64,000 bases of DNA from an uncultured Acinetobacter sp. Its GTDB lineage: Bacteria > Pseudomonadota > Gammaproteobacteria > Pseudomonadales > Moraxellaceae. This document shows positions 1 through 8,172 of this stretch, piece by piece (positions within the stretch are counted from its first letter, which is position 1; the number at the start of each line of letters is the position of its first letter). The notes under the pieces were generated by a model, which worked only from the letters and a program-made list of their open reading frames with translations, did no database searches and was not told the DNA's origin. Both the position numbers and the translations under genes were made by a program. The stretch spans positions 131,200 to 195,199 of the forward strand of contig CAJYTY010000031.1 of assembly GCA_913777945.1 (NCBI GenBank), read 5' to 3'.

Positions 1-158
1 TTTACTGAATTAAATCAAATATATTTATATATAATTTTTAGTGTTTTAAGGAAATCTCATCCACAAATATTTTTTAACAATAAAGTCTATCAATTAGATC
101 TAGGTTTATTAGAATAAGTTATTTCAAAAAATAAATTATAATGCTACTCAACTTTTTA

Positions 159-536
159 TTATCTTTTACTCCATATGTGAAAAAGTCCACTTGTTGCACC
201 CATTGCATTGATGATTTCTTGATGAGATTGCTCATCAAAGCAATCTAATTGCTTGGATAGAATATCAATCAGTTTTTGTATATCAGTAGCATAATTGTTT
301 GAAATGCTAATATAATACTCATCAGATACAAAATTCCACAATGGAATAGGAAAGTATTCATCATAGAAAATAATAAATACAGATTTTAAATCTCTGTAAT
401 AAATTTTCCGTGTGTCTATCGTGTCATATTCAGCAATCATTCTTTCATTATCGAACTCGAATCTAATGATTTTTGCTTCTTTTATTTCAATATTATTCTC
501 TTTTTTTCTAAAAAGATTTTTTAATACATTAAACAT
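159..536 (-). CDS. Putative cytoplasmic toxin-immunity protein, copy 2
   Basis: Paralog of 695..1078 (QSHQEIINAMGATSGLFHIW vs HSHQEIITAMGTTSGLFHIW). Lies downstream of the toxin-like gene. ATG at 536 follows a GGAATT RBS-like site. Confidence 0.6.
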   Translation of the reverse strand: MFNVLKNLFRKKENNIEIKEAKIIRFEFDNERMIAEYDTIDTRKIYYRDLKSVFIIFYDEYFPIPLWNFVSDEYYISISNNYATDIQKLIDILSKQLDCFDEQSHQEIINAMGATSGLFHIWSKR

Positions 537-570
537 ATTTAATTCCAAGACTTAAAATAAGGTCTATTTT

Positions 571-624
571 GTAAAAGCTTCAAGTTCTTCGTCAAATGTC
601 TCGACCAGTTGATACGCTGTAATT
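571..624. repeat. Direct repeat copy A (duplicated toxin 3' end)
   Basis: gtaaaagcttcaagttcttcgtcaaatgtctcgaccagttgatacgctgtaatt matches 1112-1165 with one mismatch. Weaker similarity spans about 541-695. Confidence 0.9.
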
Positions 625-694
625 CCGCGATTGCTCTTGCAATCACTCCTCCCGCGGCACCACCAGCAATACTCATATGCAATGTTGCACCCAA

Positions 695-1078
695 TTATTT
701 ATTATCTTTTACCCAAATATGAAAAAGTCCACTTGTTGTACCCATTGCCGTGATGATTTCTTGGTGAGAGTGCTCATTAAAGCCTTCTAAGTGATTCGAT
801 AGAATATCAATAAGTCTTTGTATATCAGTAGGGTAGTCATTGGGAATTTGTATAGAGTAATCATCTGAAACAAATGACCACAATGGAACTGGATAATCAA
901 AGTCTAAAAATATTATATATATAGATGTTAATTGTTTATAAAAAATATTACGAGGTTCTAAAATATCATAATGAGCAGTAATTTTTTCGTTATCAAATTT
1001 AAAACTAACAACTTTTGATCGCTGATAGTCATCATTAGTCTTTTTTATCCCAAAAATTTTTTTTAATAATTTAAACAT
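695..1078 (-). CDS. Putative cytoplasmic toxin-immunity protein, copy 1
   Basis: Starts 14 nt after the toxin stop. Small, AT-rich, no signal peptide. Paralog of 159..536. Confidence 0.6.
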   Translation of the reverse strand: MFKLLKKIFGIKKTNDDYQRSKVVSFKFDNEKITAHYDILEPRNIFYKQLTSIYIIFLDFDYPVPLWSFVSDDYSIQIPNDYPTDIQRLIDILSNHLEGFNEHSHQEIITAMGTTSGLFHIWVKDNK

Positions 1079-1092
1079 TTTTAATTCCAAAT

Positions 1093-2196
1093 TTAGAAAA
1101 GTGTCCATTTGGTAAAAGCTTCAAGTTCTTCGTCAAATGCCTCGACCAGTTGATACGCTGTAATTTCGCCGATAATTACACCCACTGTCGAACAAATAGG
1201 GGAACCTGGCCCACAAATTCCGCCAGCAATCGTTCCACCCGCTGCACCGCCAGCAATACCTGCACCCAATGTTGCACCTTGTTTGTATATTTCCTTTTCT
1301 TTTATTGTCTGCGTTATAAATTTCATAACCGGCATAAGCAAATGAGACAACAACCAGAACACGACCAGATGCACGCATCCATTTGATTTTTCCATTGAAC
1401 GATTTATTTGATTTTCCCGATCCCTTAAGGACACTGTAATAAACCCTATTCCTATCCACTTCAGATAATTTATCAAAGTAAGAGTAGCCTGACTGTATGC
1501 AGTTTTTAATGTGTTTGTCTAATGTGCTACGATTTGGTCTAAGTGCTTTGAATTTATTTGGATCTTTAATCTCCATTGCGTAATATTCTAAAATTTGCTC
1601 TAGAGTTTTTCCGGCAGCCTTTTCTTTTTGAGAGATGGCCAGTCCAATGGCTGAGTTCTTTTTACGCGTTGCATCTAAAATTTGATTTCTGAGTTCTGTT
1701 GCTTCAAGTACAGCATCTTTAACGCTTATCTTGCCCTGCTTAACGGCTTCTAGATAACCATTACTCATTTTTTGAATTTCACGCATGTATGCAGCACGTA
1801 GATTGGCATCTTGAATCAAAAAATTATTGCCAAAATAAACCGCTGTTCCGTTTAAATTGTCTAAGGCAATTTCGAGTTCATTTTTAACTCTTACAGCAAC
1901 TTTGTTTGACTCAGCTTTTTTGTTGTTCCACTTGTTGATTTTAATTTGAATGTCGATTGATTGAACTCTCCATTTTCGAGTGCTGGTATTCGAATTCGTG
2001 CAAGTTTATGATTATTAAATGTCAGCTCTACAAAGATAAGATCAAGCTTATTGCATTGATAAACTTTGGTACACCCGTTGGAATCTAATTTTCCTCCATG
2101 GGTATAATTTGATGATGTGTTGTTATAGTTGTATCTCAAGTTAGATAAGATGTTTTTATCATCGCAGAAGACTTTTAATCTTGCTGTATACGTCAT
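1093..2196 (-). pseudogene. Frameshifted T6SS effector with C-terminal hydrophobic glycine-zipper region (putative membrane toxin)
   Basis: Three ORF pieces (1891..2196, 1133..1819, 1093..1476) join into one 367-codon frame. This needs one A added at the A6 run (1916-1921; TTKK-AESNKVAVRV...FLIQDANLR) and one A removed at 1300-1303 (YNADNK-EKEIYKQGATLGAGIAGGAAGG). Confidence 0.75.
1112..1165. repeat. Direct repeat copy B (inside toxin 3' end)
   Basis: Offset 541 nt from copy A at 571-624. Confidence 0.9.
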
Positions 2197-2204
2197 TCGT
2201 TCTG

Positions 2205-2504
2205 CTACTTAGACTCAGCATCATATTTATGCACCATCAAGGTATATTTTTCTTCTTTATCGGCTGAGGTTATCTGGATTATACCGTCTTTTGAAACTTC
2301 TCCCGTACGTACAGTACCTTTTGAGTCAATTAAACTGTAAGTTGGTGCCTTCTCAAGAAGCTCGTTATCAATCTTATGCCTGACATCAAACTCCAGAATA
2401 TAACCATCTTTATTAAAGGTTGGTATATATGGGATATCAGCAACGACTTGCTGGCCCGATAAGAACTGATGTTGACCGGCCTTTACTTTAAATTTTCCGC
2501 TCAT
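2205..2504 (-). CDS. Orphan VgrG C-terminal tail (end of DUF2345 plus transthyretin-like docking domain)
   Basis: SGKFKVKAGQHQFLSGQQVVADIPYIP aligns with GGKFEVKSGQHVFTSGEKVSYEVPELP of the VgrG at 42075..45395. The rest of vgrG is absent. Confidence 0.75.
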   Translation of the reverse strand: MSGKFKVKAGQHQFLSGQQVVADIPYIPTFNKDGYILEFDVRHKIDNELLEKAPTYSLIDSKGTVRTGEVSKDGIIQITSADKEEKYTLMVHKYDAESK

Positions 2505-2576
2505 TTTTTAAGCCTTTGAATTGTTTATTATGTGATAATTATTCAAATTCTAATTTTAGCCAACTCAACGATAAAA

Positions 2577-3227
2577 ATGACATTGACTGTTGCCATAAAT
2601 ATACAAGATTACATTTTTTTAGCGAGTGATCAACGCTTAACGATCGAGTGTGCTCCGGAAACCAATCTTCCACCCAAAACCTATATTGATCACTACAAGA
2701 AAATAAAATACTGGGAATATGGCGCTATTACCGTATCTGGTGATGTGATGCTTATGCATTATTTATTTCTTATTTTACAAGCGTATGCCAAGCGAAACTG
2801 TTGGGATTTTTAGCAAATGGCACAAGAGGCCAGATGTTTTTACTTTCAGAATAATAAAACAACTCAGCCTGCTACAGGTACAGCTTTTATTTCAATTTAT
2901 ACGCTGAATAAAGTCGAAATCGTTCATGTTTCAATTAAAGAACATTTGATTGAATATGAAGTAATTGAACCCATGCATGCACATTTTTCTCTATATGCCG
3001 GTCGTCCAGATGATCCCATTTATCAAGTATTTGTGAACTCTCTTAAGAAACTTGACCAGTTCTTAAATAGAGAGGATTTTTTTAATTACCGCATTGAACT
3101 CATCAAATATTTTTTTACAAGGCAAAAACGATTTGATGAATCTATAACATCCTCTTTTGACTTATTTATTCAGAATACAACTACAGGTAAAGGTGTATTA
3201 ATTCCTGTCAATAATTCGGAACCTTGA
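2577..3227 (+). pseudogene. Ntn-hydrolase/proteasome-beta-like protein interrupted by an in-frame TAG
   Basis: ORFs 2532..2813 and 2817..3227 share a frame and are separated by a single TAG (2811-2813). N-terminus is M-TLTVAI...IFLASDQRLT...KIK...AITVSG. Confidence 0.6.
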
Positions 3228-3410
3228 GTCTGTTGAGGTAGTAATTCTAAGATATTATTTTTGAATAAATCTGACCAAGGATTTTAAAGTCAAATAACTT
3301 TTAGACCACTACCATGTCAACGTAGTGCTCTTATTATTGATTTTAGATTTAAAAATTCTTAGTCTCCCCCATATAAGAGGGAGTTCATTATAAATACTCA
3401 ATAAAAACCT

Positions 3411-3773
3411 TTAGGTCGCGTCCACAATCACGAAATACTTTTTGACTTGTTCTACCACTTCAAAACGACCCTGAAAATTTGGTGGAATAATGCCCGCTTC
3501 ACCGGCAGCAATCTCGATAAATTGCTCTGATTGAGCATCATGAATGCGTACTTTTCCGTGAATAACGCTAAAAAATTCTTGTTTGTTCGGACTGAACTGA
3601 ATATTCCATGACCCAACTTCACATTCCCAGATACCACAGTTCATCTCGGGATGTTGATAAAGATCATAGGTTAGGCGCTTCGGATTGCCACTGACTAAAC
3701 GGTCAGGTCGCGGATAGTCTACACTTACATTAGCAACAGTTTGGCCAGAGCCTGCCAAATAAATAGATGACAT
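3411..3773 (-). CDS. DUF861/EutQ-like cupin
   Basis: SGNP...CGIWECEVGSW...EFFSVIHGKVRI...IPPNFQGRFEVVEQVKKYFV pattern. Confidence 0.85.
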   Translation of the reverse strand: MSSIYLAGSGQTVANVSVDYPRPDRLVSGNPKRLTYDLYQHPEMNCGIWECEVGSWNIQFSPNKQEFFSVIHGKVRIHDAQSEQFIEIAAGEAGIIPPNFQGRFEVVEQVKKYFVIVDAT

Positions 3774-4011
3774 AACGTTCCCCAAAGAAATTTTTGAAAT
3801 TATACGTCTAATTGATACGGTCTGATTATTATTTTTGAATATTCAATTAAAATTAGTTTAATATGATCATAACTAAAATATCACGATGATAATTTTAAAT
3901 GGTATGCGTTCTCATTTTATAATGATTTTTAGTTAAAATATGATGAATCGTTAACAAGGTTTTAAAATCATATTTTATTTAAGTGTTTAATTTTTATTAA
4001 ATTTTATTTAT

Positions 4012-4028
4012 CTTAAAATTAGCTTAAT
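4012..4028. promoter_or_regulatory. Possible PmrA/QseB-type response-regulator direct repeat
   Basis: CTTAAA-N5-CTTAAT about 100 nt upstream of the 4130 operon. The background is AT-rich, so a chance match is possible. Confidence 0.3.
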
Positions 4029-4129
4029 TACAAAAAAATATAATCACACTGAGTATTTTTTAAGTTTTCCTAAGAATCTCTTCATTTTTCATTTTGATAC
4101 TGAGTTTATCGAATATTTGGAATATTCAA

Positions 4130-4801
4130 ATGAGCCTAGTATTTAAAGAACACTTTCCAATTGAAGTGAAAGATAAAAAAACACAACTCAATATGTTTTG
4201 TGTGGACGAAGCTCATCCACTCAGATCACAGTGTGAACTGTTTGTACAAGATCGTTTTCGTGCCATTTATGCAGCTGAAATTTATCAGTTCATGCCAGTC
4301 TTTTTGGCAGTGTTTGATTGCAATATGCACTGTCAAGCTGTCGTAGGAATTCGATTAGCTGCAACTCACACACTCTTTCTGGAGCAATACTTAGATAAAC
4401 CAATCGAGCAAATGATCAATGACAAAACTGGTCGTGTGTTTACGCGTGAGCAGGTAATTGAAGTTGGGAATTTGTCGGGCATCCATCATGGTAGTTCGCG
4501 TTTAATTATCGGCTTTCTCACATGGATACTGGCACAGAATCATTTTAAATGGGTGAGTTTTACAGGGCATCACCATCTCATTAACAGCTTTAAAAAGTTG
4601 GGTCTATCTTTGCTTGATTTAAGAGATGCCGACCCCGAGCGACTAGAAGATGGTTATGAGCATTGGGGAAGTTATTACAGCCATCATCCGCATGTATTTG
4701 CAGCAGATGTTATGCAATGTGCGTTTAATTTAAATCAGCTCAACATCTTTAATGCAATGGGTTTGGAAGCACTTCGTGAGGATATCGATCATGTTGCCTA
4801 A
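4130..4801 (+). CDS. 'Thermostable hemolysin' (delta-VPH) family protein, probably acyltransferase-like fold
   Basis: FMP...GIRLA...LFLEQYLDKPIE...IEVGNL...W.SFTG...L.NSFKKLG...ADPERL...WGSYY..HP.V family pattern. Confidence 0.85.
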   Translation: MSLVFKEHFPIEVKDKKTQLNMFCVDEAHPLRSQCELFVQDRFRAIYAAEIYQFMPVFLAVFDCNMHCQAVVGIRLAATHTLFLEQYLDKPIEQMINDKTGRVFTREQVIEVGNLSGIHHGSSRLIIGFLTWILAQNHFKWVSFTGHHHLINSFKKLGLSLLDLRDADPERLEDGYEHWGSYYSHHPHVFAADVMQCAFNLNQLNIFNAMGLEALREDIDHVA

Positions 4802-6242
4802 ACTAACCGAGTTTAAATCCAGATTGCAGCAATTGAGCTTGAGTGCTCCAAATGTGGTTGCACTTCGGGATCAGGATCAAGAGATCACCTATAAAATGCT
4901 TTGGTCGGAAATTCAAGCCAGACAAACACAATTGACACAGCTGTCAACTCGTATGGTGGCTTTGTTTTTAGAAAACTCAGTCGATTTATTACTCTGGGAT
5001 TTAGCTTTACTTTTTGCTGATATCCCTACCATATTATTGCCTCCATTTTTTACCCATTCACAACTGCAATATTGTCTTGAAATTTCTCAAGCCGATTTAA
5101 TTATTACTCAGTCTGATTTTATTTTAGAGGGTCATACGAGCTATGAAAAACAGCAGGGGTACTGGCGTTTAAAAGCACCTCTACACATTACGTTACCAGA
5201 AACAACTCAAAAATTAACCTTTACGTCGGGCACTACGGGTCAACCCAAAGCTGTGTGTTTAGGAAGTGAACAAATTCTAACAGTCGCGCAATCACTCTGC
5301 CATGCGATTGCTTCATCTCAGCCTGAAACACATTTAGCCCTAATGCCGCTAGCGGTGTTACTTGAAAATATCGGCTGCTATGCCATTTTAATGCGTGGCG
5401 GCAGCATCCAGTTGGCCAAAGCAGCCGAACTAGGATTACGCGGCGCAAGTAGTGTTGATATACAAACTTTCGCAAAATTTATTCAAAGTTCACAGCCACA
5501 GAGCCTGATTTTAGTTCCTCAGTTTCTTGCTTTGCTGGTCGAAGCCGTTTCCACCAAACTCATTCGCGCTGAATGCTTTCGGTTTATTGCGGTTGGCGGT
5601 GGGCATGTCAATCCAGAATTGCTCAAGAAAGCCAATAAACTTCAATTACCTGTCTATCAAGGCTACGGACTTTCAGAGTGTGCTTCAGTCGTGGCGTTAA
5701 ATACACCTGAAGCGAATCGTGCAGGGAGCGTGGGTAAACCCTTACCGCATGTACAGGTCAAAATTGCTGAAGACGGCGAAATTTTGGTTGCCCATAACCG
5801 CTGCCTTGGCTACCTAAATCATCCACAAATGCCAGACCCATACTGGCCGACAGGTGATTTAGGACATCTTGACCAAGATGGCTTTTTATACATTCGTGGT
5901 CGTAAAAAGCATCAGTTCATTACCAGTTTTGGTCGTAATGTTAATCCTGAATGGGTTGAAGCACTTTTAAGTCAGACGGGCGTCGTGGGGCAAGCTTTTG
6001 TTTATGGCGAAGCTTTACCAGAAAACTACGCGCTGCTATGGCCGGTGAATACAGCCATTACCAACGAACAGATCGATCAGATTATTCAACATGCCAATCA
6101 TCAGTTGCCTGATTATGCTCAGGTCAAACACTGGGTTCGGCTTACAGAACCCTTTAGTCCCAACAATCAACTTGCCACTGCAAATGGCCGATTGCGTCGC
6201 GATGAAATCGCACGTCGTTTTCAACATGTTTTTTCTGCTTAA
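4791..6242 (+). CDS. AMP-binding (adenylate-forming) enzyme
   Basis: FTSGTTGQPK, QGYGLSE, TGDLG and GRKK motifs. Start overlaps the upstream stop. Confidence 0.9.
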   Translation: MLPKLTEFKSRLQQLSLSAPNVVALRDQDQEITYKMLWSEIQARQTQLTQLSTRMVALFLENSVDLLLWDLALLFADIPTILLPPFFTHSQLQYCLEISQADLIITQSDFILEGHTSYEKQQGYWRLKAPLHITLPETTQKLTFTSGTTGQPKAVCLGSEQILTVAQSLCHAIASSQPETHLALMPLAVLLENIGCYAILMRGGSIQLAKAAELGLRGASSVDIQTFAKFIQSSQPQSLILVPQFLALLVEAVSTKLIRAECFRFIAVGGGHVNPELLKKANKLQLPVYQGYGLSECASVVALNTPEANRAGSVGKPLPHVQVKIAEDGEILVAHNRCLGYLNHPQMPDPYWPTGDLGHLDQDGFLYIRGRKKHQFITSFGRNVNPEWVEALLSQTGVVGQAFVYGEALPENYALLWPVNTAITNEQIDQIIQHANHQLPDYAQVKHWVRLTEPFSPNNQLATANGRLRRDEIARRFQHVFSA

Positions 6243-6253
6243 AGGAATCTACT

Positions 6254-6922
6254 ATGCAATTTTTTCAACAACTTCAAAATGCAACCGCTCAGGAAAGACA
6301 GAAACTTTTTTCAACCTCCCTGATTGAAGATGCTTTAAATAGCCGTTTGTCACTTGAACAGTACTGTGCATTTCTAAGCCAGGCCTATCATCATGTGCGC
6401 TTTACAGTACCCCTCATGATGGCCGCAGGCGCACAACTTCCAGAGCGTCTGTCTTGGTTGCAACCTGCCATTTGCGAATATATTGAAGAAGAAGCAGGAC
6501 ACGAGCAGTGGATTTTAAATGACCTCAAAGCTTGCGGTGTAGATCCAGAGATTGTCAAAAATAGCCGCCCGTGTCAGCCAATCGAATTGATGGTGGCATT
6601 TTTATTTGATCAGGTTAGACGCGTCAACCCTATTGCGCTGTTTGGTATGGTTAATGTGCTTGAAGGCACTAGTGTGTCAGTGGCCACCGAAGCAGCAGAG
6701 AAAATTCAGCAACATCTAAACTTACCGAATAAAGCATTTAGCTACTTAAAGTCGCACGGTAGTTTAGATATTTCGCACATGCAAAATTTTGAAAAACTCA
6801 TGAACAGTGTGATCGACGAAAAAGATCAACAAGACATTATTCATTGTTCAAAAGTCGTGTTCTCGTTATATACCCAGATGTACGAGCAAGTTCCAGCGCT
6901 CGGTCTGCGATTTGCTGCATAA
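6254..6922 (+). CDS. Heme-oxygenase-like diiron oxidase (iron-containing redox enzyme, TenA/PqqC fold)
   Basis: EYIEEEAGHE, VLEG and HGSLDISH (H-x3-D-x2-H) diiron-ligand pattern. Confidence 0.85.
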   Translation: MQFFQQLQNATAQERQKLFSTSLIEDALNSRLSLEQYCAFLSQAYHHVRFTVPLMMAAGAQLPERLSWLQPAICEYIEEEAGHEQWILNDLKACGVDPEIVKNSRPCQPIELMVAFLFDQVRRVNPIALFGMVNVLEGTSVSVATEAAEKIQQHLNLPNKAFSYLKSHGSLDISHMQNFEKLMNSVIDEKDQQDIIHCSKVVFSLYTQMYEQVPALGLRFAA

Positions 6923-6939
6923 AAAAAGGAGTGACAGGG

Positions 6940-7722
6940 ATGCAATTATCGAATGCACATGTGGTACTAACCGGTGCAAGTGGGGGAATCGGACTTGCCC
7001 TCTGTGATGCACTTTGTAAAGAAGGCGCTAAAGTTTTGGCGATTGCGCGAAATACCCAGGCTTTATCGTCTTTACAGCAAAAATATACGGGGCAAATCAA
7101 AGTCCTGCGTGCAGATTTACTCAATTTTGAAGATCTAAACAAGGTCATTCAGACTGCTCAGCAAATTGATGGCTTAAATCTGCTGATTAATGCCGCGGGA
7201 GTAAATTGCTTTGCTACTTTAGATCATCAAACACCTGAGCAAATTCAGAAACTGGTGCATTTAAATGTCACTGCGCCCATGAGCTTAACAGCAGGTTTGA
7301 TTTCAAAATTAAATGCAGGTGGTCAGGCCAAGATTGTCAATGTTGGTTCCATCTATGGCTCATTGGGTTTTGCAGGATACACCACTTATTGTGCCACTAA
7401 GTTTGCCTTAAGAGGCTTCTCCGAAGCACTCAGACGAGAGCTTGCAGATAGCAATATTCAGGTACTTTATGTGGCGCCACGCGCGACCCAGACCACCATG
7501 AACAGTCAGGCAGCTATGGATTTGATGAAGGCGATGGGAAGCAAGGCAGACAGTCCAGAACTGGTGGCTAAAGTGATCGTGCAATCCATTTTGCAAGACA
7601 AACAAACCATCTACATTGGTTGGCCTGAGCGTGGTTTTGTCATGATGAATTCGATCATGCCGCATGTGATTGATCAGGGCGTGCGTAAGCATCTCACGTT
7701 GATTCATCAATTAGGACACTAA
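6940..7722 (+). CDS. SDR family oxidoreductase
   Basis: TGASGGIG, INAAG and YCATK motifs. AAGGAG RBS upstream. Confidence 0.9.
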   Translation: MQLSNAHVVLTGASGGIGLALCDALCKEGAKVLAIARNTQALSSLQQKYTGQIKVLRADLLNFEDLNKVIQTAQQIDGLNLLINAAGVNCFATLDHQTPEQIQKLVHLNVTAPMSLTAGLISKLNAGGQAKIVNVGSIYGSLGFAGYTTYCATKFALRGFSEALRRELADSNIQVLYVAPRATQTTMNSQAAMDLMKAMGSKADSPELVAKVIVQSILQDKQTIYIGWPERGFVMMNSIMPHVIDQGVRKHLTLIHQLGH

Positions 7723-7739
7723 GTTATATATAGGCACTC

Positions 7740-7770
7740 AAGGCTTTGTGATCAAACAAAGCCTTTTTTT
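7740..7770 (+). terminator. Intrinsic terminator of the four-gene operon
   Basis: aaggctttgt-gatcaa-acaaagcctt followed by a T-run. Confidence 0.8.
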
Positions 7771-7890
7771 GTTTTACTCAATTGTTAAAAAATTGCGATG
7801 GAATGTTATTTTCAAAACGATTAAATACTAAGTAATTGAAATTTAATATGATTGATTGGTACTTAAAAAGGACATTAAATTGATTAAATA

Positions 7891-7919
7891 TTGACCTTTT
7901 TGTATTTCAGTGCTAATGT
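7891..7919 (+). promoter_or_regulatory. Sigma70 promoter for the sRNA candidate
   Basis: TTGACC-17 nt-TAATGT with an extended -10 TG. Confidence 0.65.
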
Positions 7920-7925
7920 TAGTTC

Positions 7926-8076
7926 AAGGCCAACATATTCTTCCTGATTTCAAGGATAACTTAGTCAGGTGAACACAGATATGTAAGCCTGAATACGACT
8001 GCGTTAAACATCAGAATATTAGCGCCGTAACGCTGATATTACATGTTGCTGAAAAGCCCGTTAAGCGGGCTTTTTT
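7926..8076 (+). ncRNA. Candidate structured small RNA (~150 nt)
   Basis: Bounded by the promoter and the terminator aaaagcccg-ttaag-cgggctttttt. Contains two internal hairpins and no meaningful ORF. Confidence 0.6.
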
Positions 8077-8172
8077 AATGGTTTTTTTAAATATTTTAAA
8101 TAAAAAAACCGTCCAAATGAATTGCACCCCGAAAGTTGGACATATTCAGTCTAACTTGGAGGGTGCTTTTCT

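Noticed and set aside
541-1270. CRISPR-like repeats
   Set aside because: Only two copies, 541 nt apart, derived from coding sequence, and no cas genes.
4130-4801. Calling the 'thermostable hemolysin' a secreted virulence toxin
   Set aside because: It has no signal peptide and is translationally coupled to cytoplasmic enzymes. The family name is not evidence of mechanism.
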